From a bacterium (lineage in GTDB: Bacteria > Zhuqueibacterota > Zhuqueibacteria > Residuimicrobiales > Krinioviventaceae): a DNA stretch of 64,000 nt. Shown here piece by piece: positions 36,580-45,638 of this stretch. Location: assembly GCA_963674595.2 (NCBI GenBank), contig CAXXFV010000004.1:32001-96000 (forward strand), in the 5' to 3' direction. Numbering within the stretch: the first letter of the stretch is position 1; every line of letters starts with the position of its first letter. Under the pieces are notes generated by a model that was given only the letters and a program-made list of their open reading frames with translations, was not told the origin of the DNA and ran no database searches. A program made the position numbers and the translations under genes.

Positions 36580-39500
36580 TTATTTAAACTCTAAACAAAA
36601 ACTCTGAATTTGATACGGTTTTAACGGAAACGAGAACGAATTTTTATGGATTTGTATTTCCGACAGTCCATTTTCCAATAGGTCGACTTGCTGAACATTT
36701 TTCAGATCACGGGAAAAGCGTAACTCAGACCTACAGGACGTTCCTTCCGTTTCATACAGCCGAAGGATCCATACATCAAGATCGCGGGCCTTTTTAAAAA
36801 CATTCACAACCGCATTTTCCGGCTCTACCTGAAGCAGAGAAAATGCCGGTTCCAGACTTCCCTTATGGGATTCCGCACGATAAACAACCAACGGCTCATT
36901 GAATTCGATTCCCAACTGGGTGGTATTGGCTTCTCTCCAGGTTTTTTGATGGGGATAAACAGCATAGGAAAAATCATGATAACCGCGGTCACACATGGGA
37001 TCCGGGGACAGCGGCGCTCTTAACAACGACAAGCGGATCAGGTTTCCTTTAATGTCATAGCCATACTTGCAATCATTAATCAAACTGACGCCATACTCGC
37101 CATCGGACAAATCCGCCCAGCGCTGGGCCGACACTTCGAATCGTGCTTTTTCAAATGAGGTCAAATTTCCGGTTGACCGTTCAATAGTCGCATAGGGAAT
37201 TTCATAAGTTGCAGTCGCAGCCTGAACAGTAACAGGAAAGGCAGCTTTGAGCATTTTATGCTCTTCCCACCATTCCACATGGTTACGGACCTCAACATAG
37301 GGTAGATGATTATATAAGGAAATATATTGATCAAAAAAGGAAGAGGGGAAATCTTCAGTGGGTGATCGCTGCTCCTTGTTTTCACCCAAATAACTGTGTT
37401 TGACATGGATCGTTGCCCGCACCGGACCGCTTTCAACGAGTCGAACCGACAGGGCGCTGTCGAGTTCCACAGGTTCACCGCCGTACTCTAAATTCCAGGC
37501 GTCATCACGTGTATTGGCGACCTTGCGCAGTTGCAGCATGTTTCCCTTTGGTTCGTCAAAAACATCTTTTTGATTGCGGATATCATACAACTGACGGATA
37601 TAACCGGTTTTTTCATCTATAATCAATTTTAAATATTCGTTACCAATCATTTTTTGATCGCTGATCAGTTGTGTTGAATTGGCACGTGCCGGTCCCTTTA
37701 CCAGCCGATATTGTTTATACCCATAGGATGGTACATTATCCGCCATAAATAAAATTTTGGCCCCCAGAGGATTTTTATCAATTTTTTGACTGGGAATCTC
37801 TGCACCGTTATCAGACAAAATCTTCCACTCTTTATCAGCTTCAAGCCGGTCAAGAGAGACGGTGACCGGACTTGTGCGGGCCCAGGAGTGCGGATTATAA
37901 ACGATCAAGGCCTCACCTTTACCACGGGTATCCATTTTTTCCACAAGCCGACACATGGAATGTTCTATAATGTCTGCAGCGAGTTTTTCGGCTTGTTTGT
38001 ACTCTATTTCCGTATCATGATAAACGGCATTGATGGAAGAACCTGGCAAAATATCGTGGAACTGGTTAAACATTAACGTTTCCCAAATCAGGTCCAGGTC
38101 GGCCTGCGGGTAGGGTTCACCGTGCAGTGCAGCAAGACCGGCAAGTTTTTCAGCCGTTAATACCTGTCCTTCCAGTTTGCGGTTGTGTTTTTTTGTGTTT
38201 GCCTGAGATGTATATGTTCCCCGATGAAATTCCAGATAAAGTTCGTCGTCCCAAACCGGCAATTTTTTTATGTCCTGTTCTGAAATACTGTTAAAAAAAT
38301 CTTCCGAGGTGGTCAAATTAAGTTGCGGGAAAACAGGTGATTCGGCAACATATTTCGCTTTTTGCAGCATTTCCATTGTCGGTCCGCCGCCGTGATTGCC
38401 CACACCATAAATTACAAACTCTTTTCCCAGTCCCTGCTCTTTCATTTCCTCCTGGGAAAATCCGATCAAATCATCAGCGCCGAGCTTGTGATCATAACCG
38501 CTTCTTGGGATATAGGCAAGAATACGACTGCTGTCCGGCCCCTGCCACCAAAAGAAGCGATAGGGGAATTTATTGGTATCATTCCAGTTTATTTTATGAC
38601 TGATAAACGCATCAAAACCGCTTTGTTTTAAAATTTGCGGTAAATTCCAGTTATAACCAAAGGAATCGACAATCCAGCATATTTTCACATCTTTATTGAA
38701 TTTTTCCTGAAAATATCGTTTGCCGTAAAAAACCTGGCGAACAAAAGACTCCCCGGAAGGAAGATTACAATCCGGCTCAACCCACATTCCCCCGACAATC
38801 TCCCACCTGTTTTCATCAACTTTTTCTTTAATTTTTTCAAACAAATCCGGATAATCCTGTTCGAGCCAGCGATAGGCATGTGCCTGTCCCATGCTGTATT
38901 TAAAATCAGGAAACCGTTCCATAATATTAAAAACCGATTGGGTCGTTACTTTGGTTACATCTTTTGCTTCTTTCCAGGTCCACAACCAGGCCAGATCAAT
39001 ATGGGAATAACCGGCACAGAATAACTGGTATTTTTTGCGAATTTCCTCCCCCAAAGGCTGCAACGCTAAAAATTCCTTGTTCAACGTTTTTATAAATTCA
39101 TCTTTATCACCGCTGCTAAACGCCGGTGAATTCACAACTCTTTGGGCAAGCTTTTCAATTTCCTTGAGCCAATATTGCGGCTGTTCACTCATTTCCAGGG
39201 CAATCCGTTTGGCAGCAAAAAGCCGCCAGACATGCGGCTGCAGCTCTTTTTGCACCTCCTGCAAACCGCTGAATTCGATATTGGCATCTTTTAATTGTCC
39301 CCAGCCAATATGGTTGATGCCGCGAATGGCAATGAGAAATTCCTGTCCGGGTTTCACATTTTCAGAAAGGACATAATGACCATTTGCCCAGGTAAACTCG
39401 CCGACAAATTTTCCATTTACATAAACCTGTCCGCCGTTATCCACATTTAAATGTAATGTCATTTTTCGGCCGCTTAAAGAAAAGCCGCCCCTGCTTTCCG

Positions 39501-39753
39501 GAATTTTGATTCTGGTACGAAACCAGACATTGGTTTCAGGTGTATTCCATTTGAATCCAATCGGCACGGTTTGCCATTCCGAATCATCCAGATCAGGATT
39601 TTCACCCCCGGGTTCCCCGCCGAATTGATATTTTATCTGGCCAAAACCGCCATAGACCAGCACATCCAGAATATCCAAAGCCGATGGTTCACCAGCAAAT
39701 GAAATCAATGATGTGTACAAAACAAAAATAAATACACAAATCACCCTGTTCAT
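36580..39753 (-). CDS. Glycoside hydrolase family 38 (alpha-mannosidase-like), secreted
   Basis: Signal peptide, YSHIDLAW, GGMWVEPD, WIVDSFG, ELYLEFHRGTYTSQ, NQFHDILPGSS. Confidence 0.95.
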   Translation of the reverse strand: MNRVICVFIFVLYTSLISFAGEPSALDILDVLVYGGFGQIKYQFGGEPGGENPDLDDSEWQTVPIGFKWNTPETNVWFRTRIKIPESRGGFSLSGRKMTLHLNVDNGGQVYVNGKFVGEFTWANGHYVLSENVKPGQEFLIAIRGINHIGWGQLKDANIEFSGLQEVQKELQPHVWRLFAAKRIALEMSEQPQYWLKEIEKLAQRVVNSPAFSSGDKDEFIKTLNKEFLALQPLGEEIRKKYQLFCAGYSHIDLAWLWTWKEAKDVTKVTTQSVFNIMERFPDFKYSMGQAHAYRWLEQDYPDLFEKIKEKVDENRWEIVGGMWVEPDCNLPSGESFVRQVFYGKRYFQEKFNKDVKICWIVDSFGYNWNLPQILKQSGFDAFISHKINWNDTNKFPYRFFWWQGPDSSRILAYIPRSGYDHKLGADDLIGFSQEEMKEQGLGKEFVIYGVGNHGGGPTMEMLQKAKYVAESPVFPQLNLTTSEDFFNSISEQDIKKLPVWDDELYLEFHRGTYTSQANTKKHNRKLEGQVLTAEKLAGLAALHGEPYPQADLDLIWETLMFNQFHDILPGSSINAVYHDTEIEYKQAEKLAADIIEHSMCRLVEKMDTRGKGEALIVYNPHSWARTSPVTVSLDRLEADKEWKILSDNGAEIPSQKIDKNPLGAKILFMADNVPSYGYKQYRLVKGPARANSTQLISDQKMIGNEYLKLIIDEKTGYIRQLYDIRNQKDVFDEPKGNMLQLRKVANTRDDAWNLEYGGEPVELDSALSVRLVESGPVRATIHVKHSYLGENKEQRSPTEDFPSSFFDQYISLYNHLPYVEVRNHVEWWEEHKMLKAAFPVTVQAATATYEIPYATIERSTGNLTSFEKARFEVSAQRWADLSDGEYGVSLINDCKYGYDIKGNLIRLSLLRAPLSPDPMCDRGYHDFSYAVYPHQKTWREANTTQLGIEFNEPLVVYRAESHKGSLEPAFSLLQVEPENAVVNVFKKARDLDVWILRLYETEGTSCRSELRFSRDLKNVQQVDLLENGLSEIQIHKNSFSFPLKPYQIQSFCLEFK

Positions 39754-39769
39754 TTAAATTCTCCCTCAT

Positions 39770-39798
39770 AAAAATCGGGCCGTAAAAATTTACGGCCC
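39770..39798 (-). terminator. Intra-operon hairpin / possible terminator
   Basis: GGGCCGTAAA-aa-TTTACGGCCC followed on the minus strand by GATTTTT. Confidence 0.55.
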
Positions 39799-39816
39799 TG
39801 AAATATAATCACTGCA

Positions 39817-42800
39817 TCATCTTAATTCTTTTAAATAAATATTTCGATATTCTATTTTTGTATGATGGTTTTGAAATCCGACAAAACCTTTTCGACGTTT
39901 AAGTCCCGGATGTTCTTTTTCCTGATCAAGATAGTTGATAATATTTGTATCAATAATTTGTATTCCATTTACAACCACCGTCACCTGGGGACCGTTACAG
40001 GTGATGCTCATTTTCTGCCATTCACCGGCTTTTTTAGTCACTCTTTTGTCAGGAGCCTGAACAGCGTAAATACTGCCGGTGTATTGGTAGGGTTTCAGAT
40101 TTTTATATTTTTCAGCATAATCATCCAGCACCTGTATTTCCATTCCTGTATAAGCCGGATCACCTTTATGAGGCGCTCTTATAAAAACACCGCTGTTGCC
40201 GTCCGGCGGAACACGGAATTCCAGGTCCAGTTTAAAATTGTCATACTCACGAGTTGTCGAAATCCATCCGCCGCCGGTACCTTCCGTATAAAGAATACCG
40301 TCTTTAACGTTCCAGCCCTGCGAGTTGTTGACGCTTTCCCAGCCTGTCAAATCTTTACCGTTAAACAACGGTCCGGAAAAAGCCGGTTCATCATCCGGAA
40401 GTTCTTTGATAAATATATTCCGGAAATACAGCGGTGAATGGTGTGACTGCAATTCAATTTGTCCGACAGGATAAATGGGTTTGTCCCGTTCCCAATAATT
40501 TTCCATAATCACATTATCCACAACAAGAACATCGTTTAAAAACACGGTGACACGTTCGTCTTTCATAATAATTCGAAAAGTATTCCAGTCGCCAATCGGA
40601 TTATCAGCAACAGCGAGCGGTTTGCTGGGATTAATTTTGTTATTGTACAGTCCTCCGGAACCTTCCGGCCATTGGGCCGTGTCCCAGATTTGTACCTGCG
40701 GCGCACCACGCAAATAAATGCCGCTGTCACCAAACTTTTCAATCTTCCAGTCCACCAGCATTTCAAAATTACGGTAATCTTTTTCCGTGCATAAACTGTG
40801 ACCATGACCGTCAAAACAGATAACACCGTCAACAACAGACCAGTGGTCCCGCATAAAATCATCCGCCTGTTTTTGTGCTTTTGCCAGCTCATCCGGCGTC
40901 ATGGCTGCTCTTTTTATGGGATTTTCCACCAGGCCTTTCCAGCCGGCTAAATCCTTGCCATTAAACAGTGCTGTAAATCCGTCCGGCGGCTGGTTTAATT
41001 CATCACGAAGCATGGGTTGTTCCGCGAGTTTAGTTTGTAATGATTTTGATGCATTGGCTTTTACCAGCGATAAAACAACCTGTTCAGGAGACAAATTTTC
41101 CTGCTGATCTTCGCTGATACCGGCAATTTTAGTCGCGGCAAACACAGCATCATAATCAAGATCATGATCATCAAAAAACTGCACAAGATATTCAAGAGCC
41201 TGGGGTGATTCAATATTACTCAGCTCCGACAATACAAGTCTTTTTTCTTCCGGACGGTCTGCTATTTCCATGAGTTGTTTGCAGTATTCAAAAGCCCGTG
41301 GTTGCCCCATGGGTGTTTCACGCAGCAAGCGGACAGCGCCTCTGAAAATTAAAATTTTATGGGTTTTGTCTTTCCCCTTTGCCGCCAGATCAATCAGGGT
41401 TTCCAGAGCATTATCATTCGGCCAGTTGGCCAGGGTACGAACCACCTGGTCTTTGTCAGACTTTATTTCACCTTTTACCAGTTCCAGGGATTTATTATCA
41501 CCGATCCCTTTAAAAATTCGGAAATATATCTCTTTGTTTTCGCTTTCCTGAAATGCTTTTTCAAGTTTGGCAAAATTTTCTTTTTTATTTTTCAGGCGAT
41601 TGTACATGGACACAAATGTATTGGCGGCCGAATTTTTCAATTGATCATTCGCCAGTTTTTCATATAACAAATCAAACTCTTTCTGGCTGCCAAAATCAGC
41701 GTACAATTTTAATACTTCAGATGATAATTTTTTATTATCAGAAGCCACATCCTGTGAAATGATTTGAAAAAATCCGGCATCCTGTACGTTACCTATCAAT
41801 TCAAGCGCCGTTATCTTGCAATCATCTGAAAGACCGGGGTATTCTTTGTATAATGTCTCCCGATAGGTTTTAAAAGGTATCGTGAATAAAATTAGAGATG
41901 CAGACTCTTTTAACTCTTTACTGTTTTCATTTTTTAATACATTAAAAACAGGCGCTATCACCTGTTTCTGATCAATCAACGAAATGGCTTTTAAAGCCTC
42001 CAGACACAAATTTGGATATTGCAAAGCTGTCGCTTCTAAAATAAGCGGCATTGCTTGTTTTTGATTCTGACGCGCCCAGAACCGGATAATATCAATTTTC
42101 ACCGCAGAAGACCCGTCAACATATTGCTTTTTTAATACATCAAAAGAAACGTCCAATTTTTGTTGTTCGGCAATATTTAATACGGCATTACGAATTTTGC
42201 TGTTCTCCTGAACGAGTCCGGGTAAAACATAAAAAGCCTGTTTCTTATCCAGATCGGCAAGCGTGCGGAAAGCCTGAATCCGGGCAGCATCCGAATATTT
42301 TCCTGAATCACCAAGGATCTCCCGACAAATCAAAATACCATTGGTCTTATTTTTACTCTTTTCAGCCAGCAGCATCAAATCATCCACATCACCACCATTA
42401 GCTGTTTCAGCTTTTAATTTTGCTTCAACAGGCGCATACCCCAAGTTAGCCAAAGCATGCAGGGCGGCATTTTTTAAAAGATCGTTTTTGTGATCCGTCA
42501 ATTTAAAAACAGCCGTGCACGCAGGTATGTACTCAAGTTGTCCCAGGGCCTGAACAAGATGCACCAGGTTCTTTTCATTTTTCTGGTCCATTGCCTTAAG
42601 CAAAGCCCGTCCGGATTTTTCGCCACCAATAGCAACCATTGTCCTTACTGTGGGTGCACATAATTTTTCCTGAGTCACGAATTGGGACAACGGTTCAACG
42701 GCTTCATCTTGAGCACAATTTTCAAGCTGTTCCAGCAAAAATACTTTATTAACCACATTATTCTGTTGTTTTAACGCTGTTAGCAACGCATTTACAAAAG

Positions 42801-43122
42801 ACAACCGCTGTTCTTCTTTAGCATATTTGAGCACATAATGTGACAAGCCATTTATGGCAAAACAGGCTTTTGTTCTAACCAAAGTATCACCGGAAGATAA
42901 ATATCGGCATATTTCAAGCACACCTTCCGGGCCGTGATTCAATATCTCTTTATCTAAAAGATGTTGGGAAAGATTGTCCTGTGCCGGGTAAGCATTAAAC
43001 AATTCTTCCAATGCAAAGGAGATCGGCTTGTCAACAGTTGAATGACTCTTGGCGGTTGCAGCACAAGCCGTTAATCCCAAAACAGAAATGATGCAAACAG
43101 CAAATATTTTCTTAAAAAACAT
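39817..43122 (-). CDS. HEAT-repeat lipoprotein with two C-terminal DUF1080 (3-keto-glycoside hydrolase/lyase) domains
   Basis: Lipobox GLTAC, a long HEAT-like helical region, and two LFNGKDL.GW ... DSG/NSG.F/Y.R ... E/Q.Q..D ... LQ.H ... FRNI domains. True start taken at ATG 43122. Confidence 0.9.
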   Translation of the reverse strand: MFFKKIFAVCIISVLGLTACAATAKSHSTVDKPISFALEELFNAYPAQDNLSQHLLDKEILNHGPEGVLEICRYLSSGDTLVRTKACFAINGLSHYVLKYAKEEQRLSFVNALLTALKQQNNVVNKVFLLEQLENCAQDEAVEPLSQFVTQEKLCAPTVRTMVAIGGEKSGRALLKAMDQKNEKNLVHLVQALGQLEYIPACTAVFKLTDHKNDLLKNAALHALANLGYAPVEAKLKAETANGGDVDDLMLLAEKSKNKTNGILICREILGDSGKYSDAARIQAFRTLADLDKKQAFYVLPGLVQENSKIRNAVLNIAEQQKLDVSFDVLKKQYVDGSSAVKIDIIRFWARQNQKQAMPLILEATALQYPNLCLEALKAISLIDQKQVIAPVFNVLKNENSKELKESASLILFTIPFKTYRETLYKEYPGLSDDCKITALELIGNVQDAGFFQIISQDVASDNKKLSSEVLKLYADFGSQKEFDLLYEKLANDQLKNSAANTFVSMYNRLKNKKENFAKLEKAFQESENKEIYFRIFKGIGDNKSLELVKGEIKSDKDQVVRTLANWPNDNALETLIDLAAKGKDKTHKILIFRGAVRLLRETPMGQPRAFEYCKQLMEIADRPEEKRLVLSELSNIESPQALEYLVQFFDDHDLDYDAVFAATKIAGISEDQQENLSPEQVVLSLVKANASKSLQTKLAEQPMLRDELNQPPDGFTALFNGKDLAGWKGLVENPIKRAAMTPDELAKAQKQADDFMRDHWSVVDGVICFDGHGHSLCTEKDYRNFEMLVDWKIEKFGDSGIYLRGAPQVQIWDTAQWPEGSGGLYNNKINPSKPLAVADNPIGDWNTFRIIMKDERVTVFLNDVLVVDNVIMENYWERDKPIYPVGQIELQSHHSPLYFRNIFIKELPDDEPAFSGPLFNGKDLTGWESVNNSQGWNVKDGILYTEGTGGGWISTTREYDNFKLDLEFRVPPDGNSGVFIRAPHKGDPAYTGMEIQVLDDYAEKYKNLKPYQYTGSIYAVQAPDKRVTKKAGEWQKMSITCNGPQVTVVVNGIQIIDTNIINYLDQEKEHPGLKRRKGFVGFQNHHTKIEYRNIYLKELR

Positions 43123-43150
43123 ATTATACCTTTCAATAAATTCAAATTCA

Positions 43151-44422
43151 CTAAATACGCCACGGCGCCCGCATGGGCTGATGGATATAACGGTTTGCTT
43201 CTTCGTCATTGATAAATTGCTGGGTCTCCGGATCAAAATATAATTTCCGGCCCAGCCGAACGGCAATTTTGCCCAAATTTATCAAGGTGCAGGACTTTTG
43301 TCCGTTTTGTTCATTCAGTGCAAACCGTTTCCGGTCCCTGACTGCCTGGTAAAAGTCGGTCACCTGCGGTTCAGGGTCCGGAAGCGCATCCAGCTTTCGG
43401 TCCAAATCAGGTATATCGGACTTGAATCCGAGATATAATTTCCCCTTGGGGCCTTCAATATAAGGCACATTTTTATCCTTTGCTTCACCGTCAAGAATAA
43501 TTTCACAACCGTCCGCATATTTCATATAAATCTTGCGCCACAGTCCGGCCGCATCAGGATGCGCCTGGGGCGCATCAGCTTCAACTTCAACCGGACTCGT
43601 ATGGTCTTTTCCCAAAAAATATTGAACAGGGTCAAGGTAATGCTGCCCCATGTCTCCTAATCCACCGCCGTCATAGTCCCAATAACCGCGAAAAGTACCA
43701 TGTACACGATGATGATGATAGGGTTTATAGGGTGCCGGTCCCAGCCAGAAATCATAATCCAGATTCTCCGGAATCCATTCCGGTACAAGGTTCTCTTTAC
43801 CGCTCCAATAAAATTTCCAGGAAAAACCGGTTGTTTTACTGATGGTAACTTTTAACGGCCACCCCAGCAAACCGCTTTCTACCAATTTTTTTACACGTTT
43901 TACCGGGAAACCCAAACCATAAAATGTACCCGTAAACCGAAACCAGGTATTAATACGAAAAATAGTGCCATATTTTTCCATTGCCTCGACAACTTTTTGT
44001 CCCTCGCCGATGGTCCGGGTCATGGGTTTTTCACACCACACATCTTTACCGGCCTGGGCCGCAGCAATGGACATCAACGCATGCCAATGGGGCGGCGTTG
44101 CTATATGCACAACATCAATATCTTTTCTTTCCAAAACCTCACGAAAATCCGTATATGCTTTTACCGAATTGTCATTGACTTTTTTCAAAGCCCGGTCCAA
44201 ATGTTTTGTATCCACATCACAAACGGCAAGCAGTCGGGCACCCGGATAGTCCAAATGGTTTCTTCCCATTCCGCCGACACCAATAACAGCCTTGGTAATC
44301 TGGTCGCTTGGCGCCATAAATCCCTGACCGCCGAGAACATGCCTCGGAACAATTGTAAAAGCCCCAAAAGCGGCAGCCGCACTTGTCAAAAAACAGCGTC
44401 TGTCAATTTTTTCAAATTTCAT
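43151..44422 (-). CDS. Tat-exported Gfo/Idh/MocA oxidoreductase (glycoside 3-dehydrogenase-like)
   Basis: Twin-arginine IDRRCFL signal, IGVGGMG, ATPPHWH, CEKP, WLGPAP, DMGQH. Confidence 0.92.
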   Translation of the reverse strand: MKFEKIDRRCFLTSAAAAFGAFTIVPRHVLGGQGFMAPSDQITKAVIGVGGMGRNHLDYPGARLLAVCDVDTKHLDRALKKVNDNSVKAYTDFREVLERKDIDVVHIATPPHWHALMSIAAAQAGKDVWCEKPMTRTIGEGQKVVEAMEKYGTIFRINTWFRFTGTFYGLGFPVKRVKKLVESGLLGWPLKVTISKTTGFSWKFYWSGKENLVPEWIPENLDYDFWLGPAPYKPYHHHRVHGTFRGYWDYDGGGLGDMGQHYLDPVQYFLGKDHTSPVEVEADAPQAHPDAAGLWRKIYMKYADGCEIILDGEAKDKNVPYIEGPKGKLYLGFKSDIPDLDRKLDALPDPEPQVTDFYQAVRDRKRFALNEQNGQKSCTLINLGKIAVRLGRKLYFDPETQQFINDEEANRYIHQPMRAPWRI

Positions 44423-44453
44423 AGATACTCCCTGTTTCGTAAATTTATCATCA

Positions 44454-45623
44454 TCAATCTATATTCATAATCCATTTTTCATTAAATACGGCGTGCCGGA
44501 TTGTTTTCACATCCACGCTATAGGTAGCATGAACAAGTCCGTCTTTTGTTTGAATGACGGATGGATAATCAAACCGTTCGTTCCCATCGTCATATTCCAG
44601 ATACCGTTTCCATTTCCAGGAGACACCTTCGTCATCCGACAAAGCAACGGCCAAACGATTACGGGGATCGTTTTCGCAGTCATTATAAATTAAAAGAATA
44701 TTTCCACTCTCAAGCCGCAATACTTCCAAACCCGAACCGGGATTGGGTAAGGATAAATTTTGTATCGGTGACCAGGTCAGTCCCATATCGTTCGAAACAC
44801 TGGTCCGGATGCGATGATCAGGTCCGGCATCCCGAAAATAGGCCACCAATTGTTTGTTTTTTCGTTCAAAAACACTGGGCTGTTCCACACCAAAGCCAAA
44901 TGGAGGTTCGGAAAAAATCCATGTTATTCCGTAATCCGGCGTCAAGGCCATCATGGCGATGCCAAATGTCTCAGATGCCATCGGCAGCAAAATATTTCCA
45001 TTGGACAGGGTGACGGGTCGTGCCCTTGTTGTCCAGCCAAGTTTTCGTACAAGCTGGTCTTTTAAATTAAACTCCAAATCCCTATATAAATCAGAATCTG
45101 TTTTCATATCTTCTTTTTGAGAATATTGCAGGTATAATTCCCGCATTGTTTCATCAAGTTTATTGGGAATGATTGCCAAATCATTTTCAACGTCCCATTT
45201 TATCTTTTCACCGGCAACCGGATTTGTACATATTTTATATCGCAAAAAAGCTGTGTCCCAGGCCTGTTCCGGACTTCCGAGGAGGGTGTAATAGATCAGC
45301 CATAACTGATTTTTGTCATCAAAAAACAGACAAGGATTATTGTCCGACAGCATGGGAGTATCGGCCATTAAAAAGGTCTGCGACCAGTTTTGCTGACCAG
45401 GCAATAACCAGGCTGCCTGAATATGCACATCCCGGCTTTTATCGGATTTGCCTTCATACCAGCAGGCTAAAAGGCTGTTATCTGAAAAAGCAATAATGGA
45501 TGAAGCATGGGTGTGTCCGTGCTTTTTTTCGTCCGGCGCAAAAATATCCTTTTTACTGAAAAGAGGGCCTGCATAACTCTCAATCCCGATTAACAGGATC
45601 AAAATCGTTATAATTTTGTTCAT
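44454..45623 (-). CDS. BNR/Asp-box repeat sialidase-like protein (BNR_2, GH33-related), secreted
   Basis: Signal peptide, Asp-boxes TPDYGITW, SNDMGLTW and SDDEGVSW, plus HASSI, NNP and DYPSVIQ. Confidence 0.85.
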   Translation of the reverse strand: MNKIITILILLIGIESYAGPLFSKKDIFAPDEKKHGHTHASSIIAFSDNSLLACWYEGKSDKSRDVHIQAAWLLPGQQNWSQTFLMADTPMLSDNNPCLFFDDKNQLWLIYYTLLGSPEQAWDTAFLRYKICTNPVAGEKIKWDVENDLAIIPNKLDETMRELYLQYSQKEDMKTDSDLYRDLEFNLKDQLVRKLGWTTRARPVTLSNGNILLPMASETFGIAMMALTPDYGITWIFSEPPFGFGVEQPSVFERKNKQLVAYFRDAGPDHRIRTSVSNDMGLTWSPIQNLSLPNPGSGLEVLRLESGNILLIYNDCENDPRNRLAVALSDDEGVSWKWKRYLEYDDGNERFDYPSVIQTKDGLVHATYSVDVKTIRHAVFNEKWIMNID

Positions 45624-45638
45624 CCTGAAAACCTCATA

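Noticed and set aside
39862-40437. 191-aa plus-strand ORF and the many other 60-160 aa ORFs antisense to or overlapping long genes
   Set aside because: They lie within well-supported genes, lack motifs and RBSs, and are typical shadow ORFs.
43123-43266. 48-codon N-terminal extension of the HEAT-DUF1080 ORF overlapping the Gfo/Idh/MocA gene
   Set aside because: The signal peptide and lipobox begin at ATG 43122 with an AAAGG SD, so the extension is an ORF-caller artefact.
44454-45623. Calling the BNR protein a canonical sialidase (nanH)
   Set aside because: It lacks the FRIP motif and no nan catabolic genes are present, so the substrate is left open.
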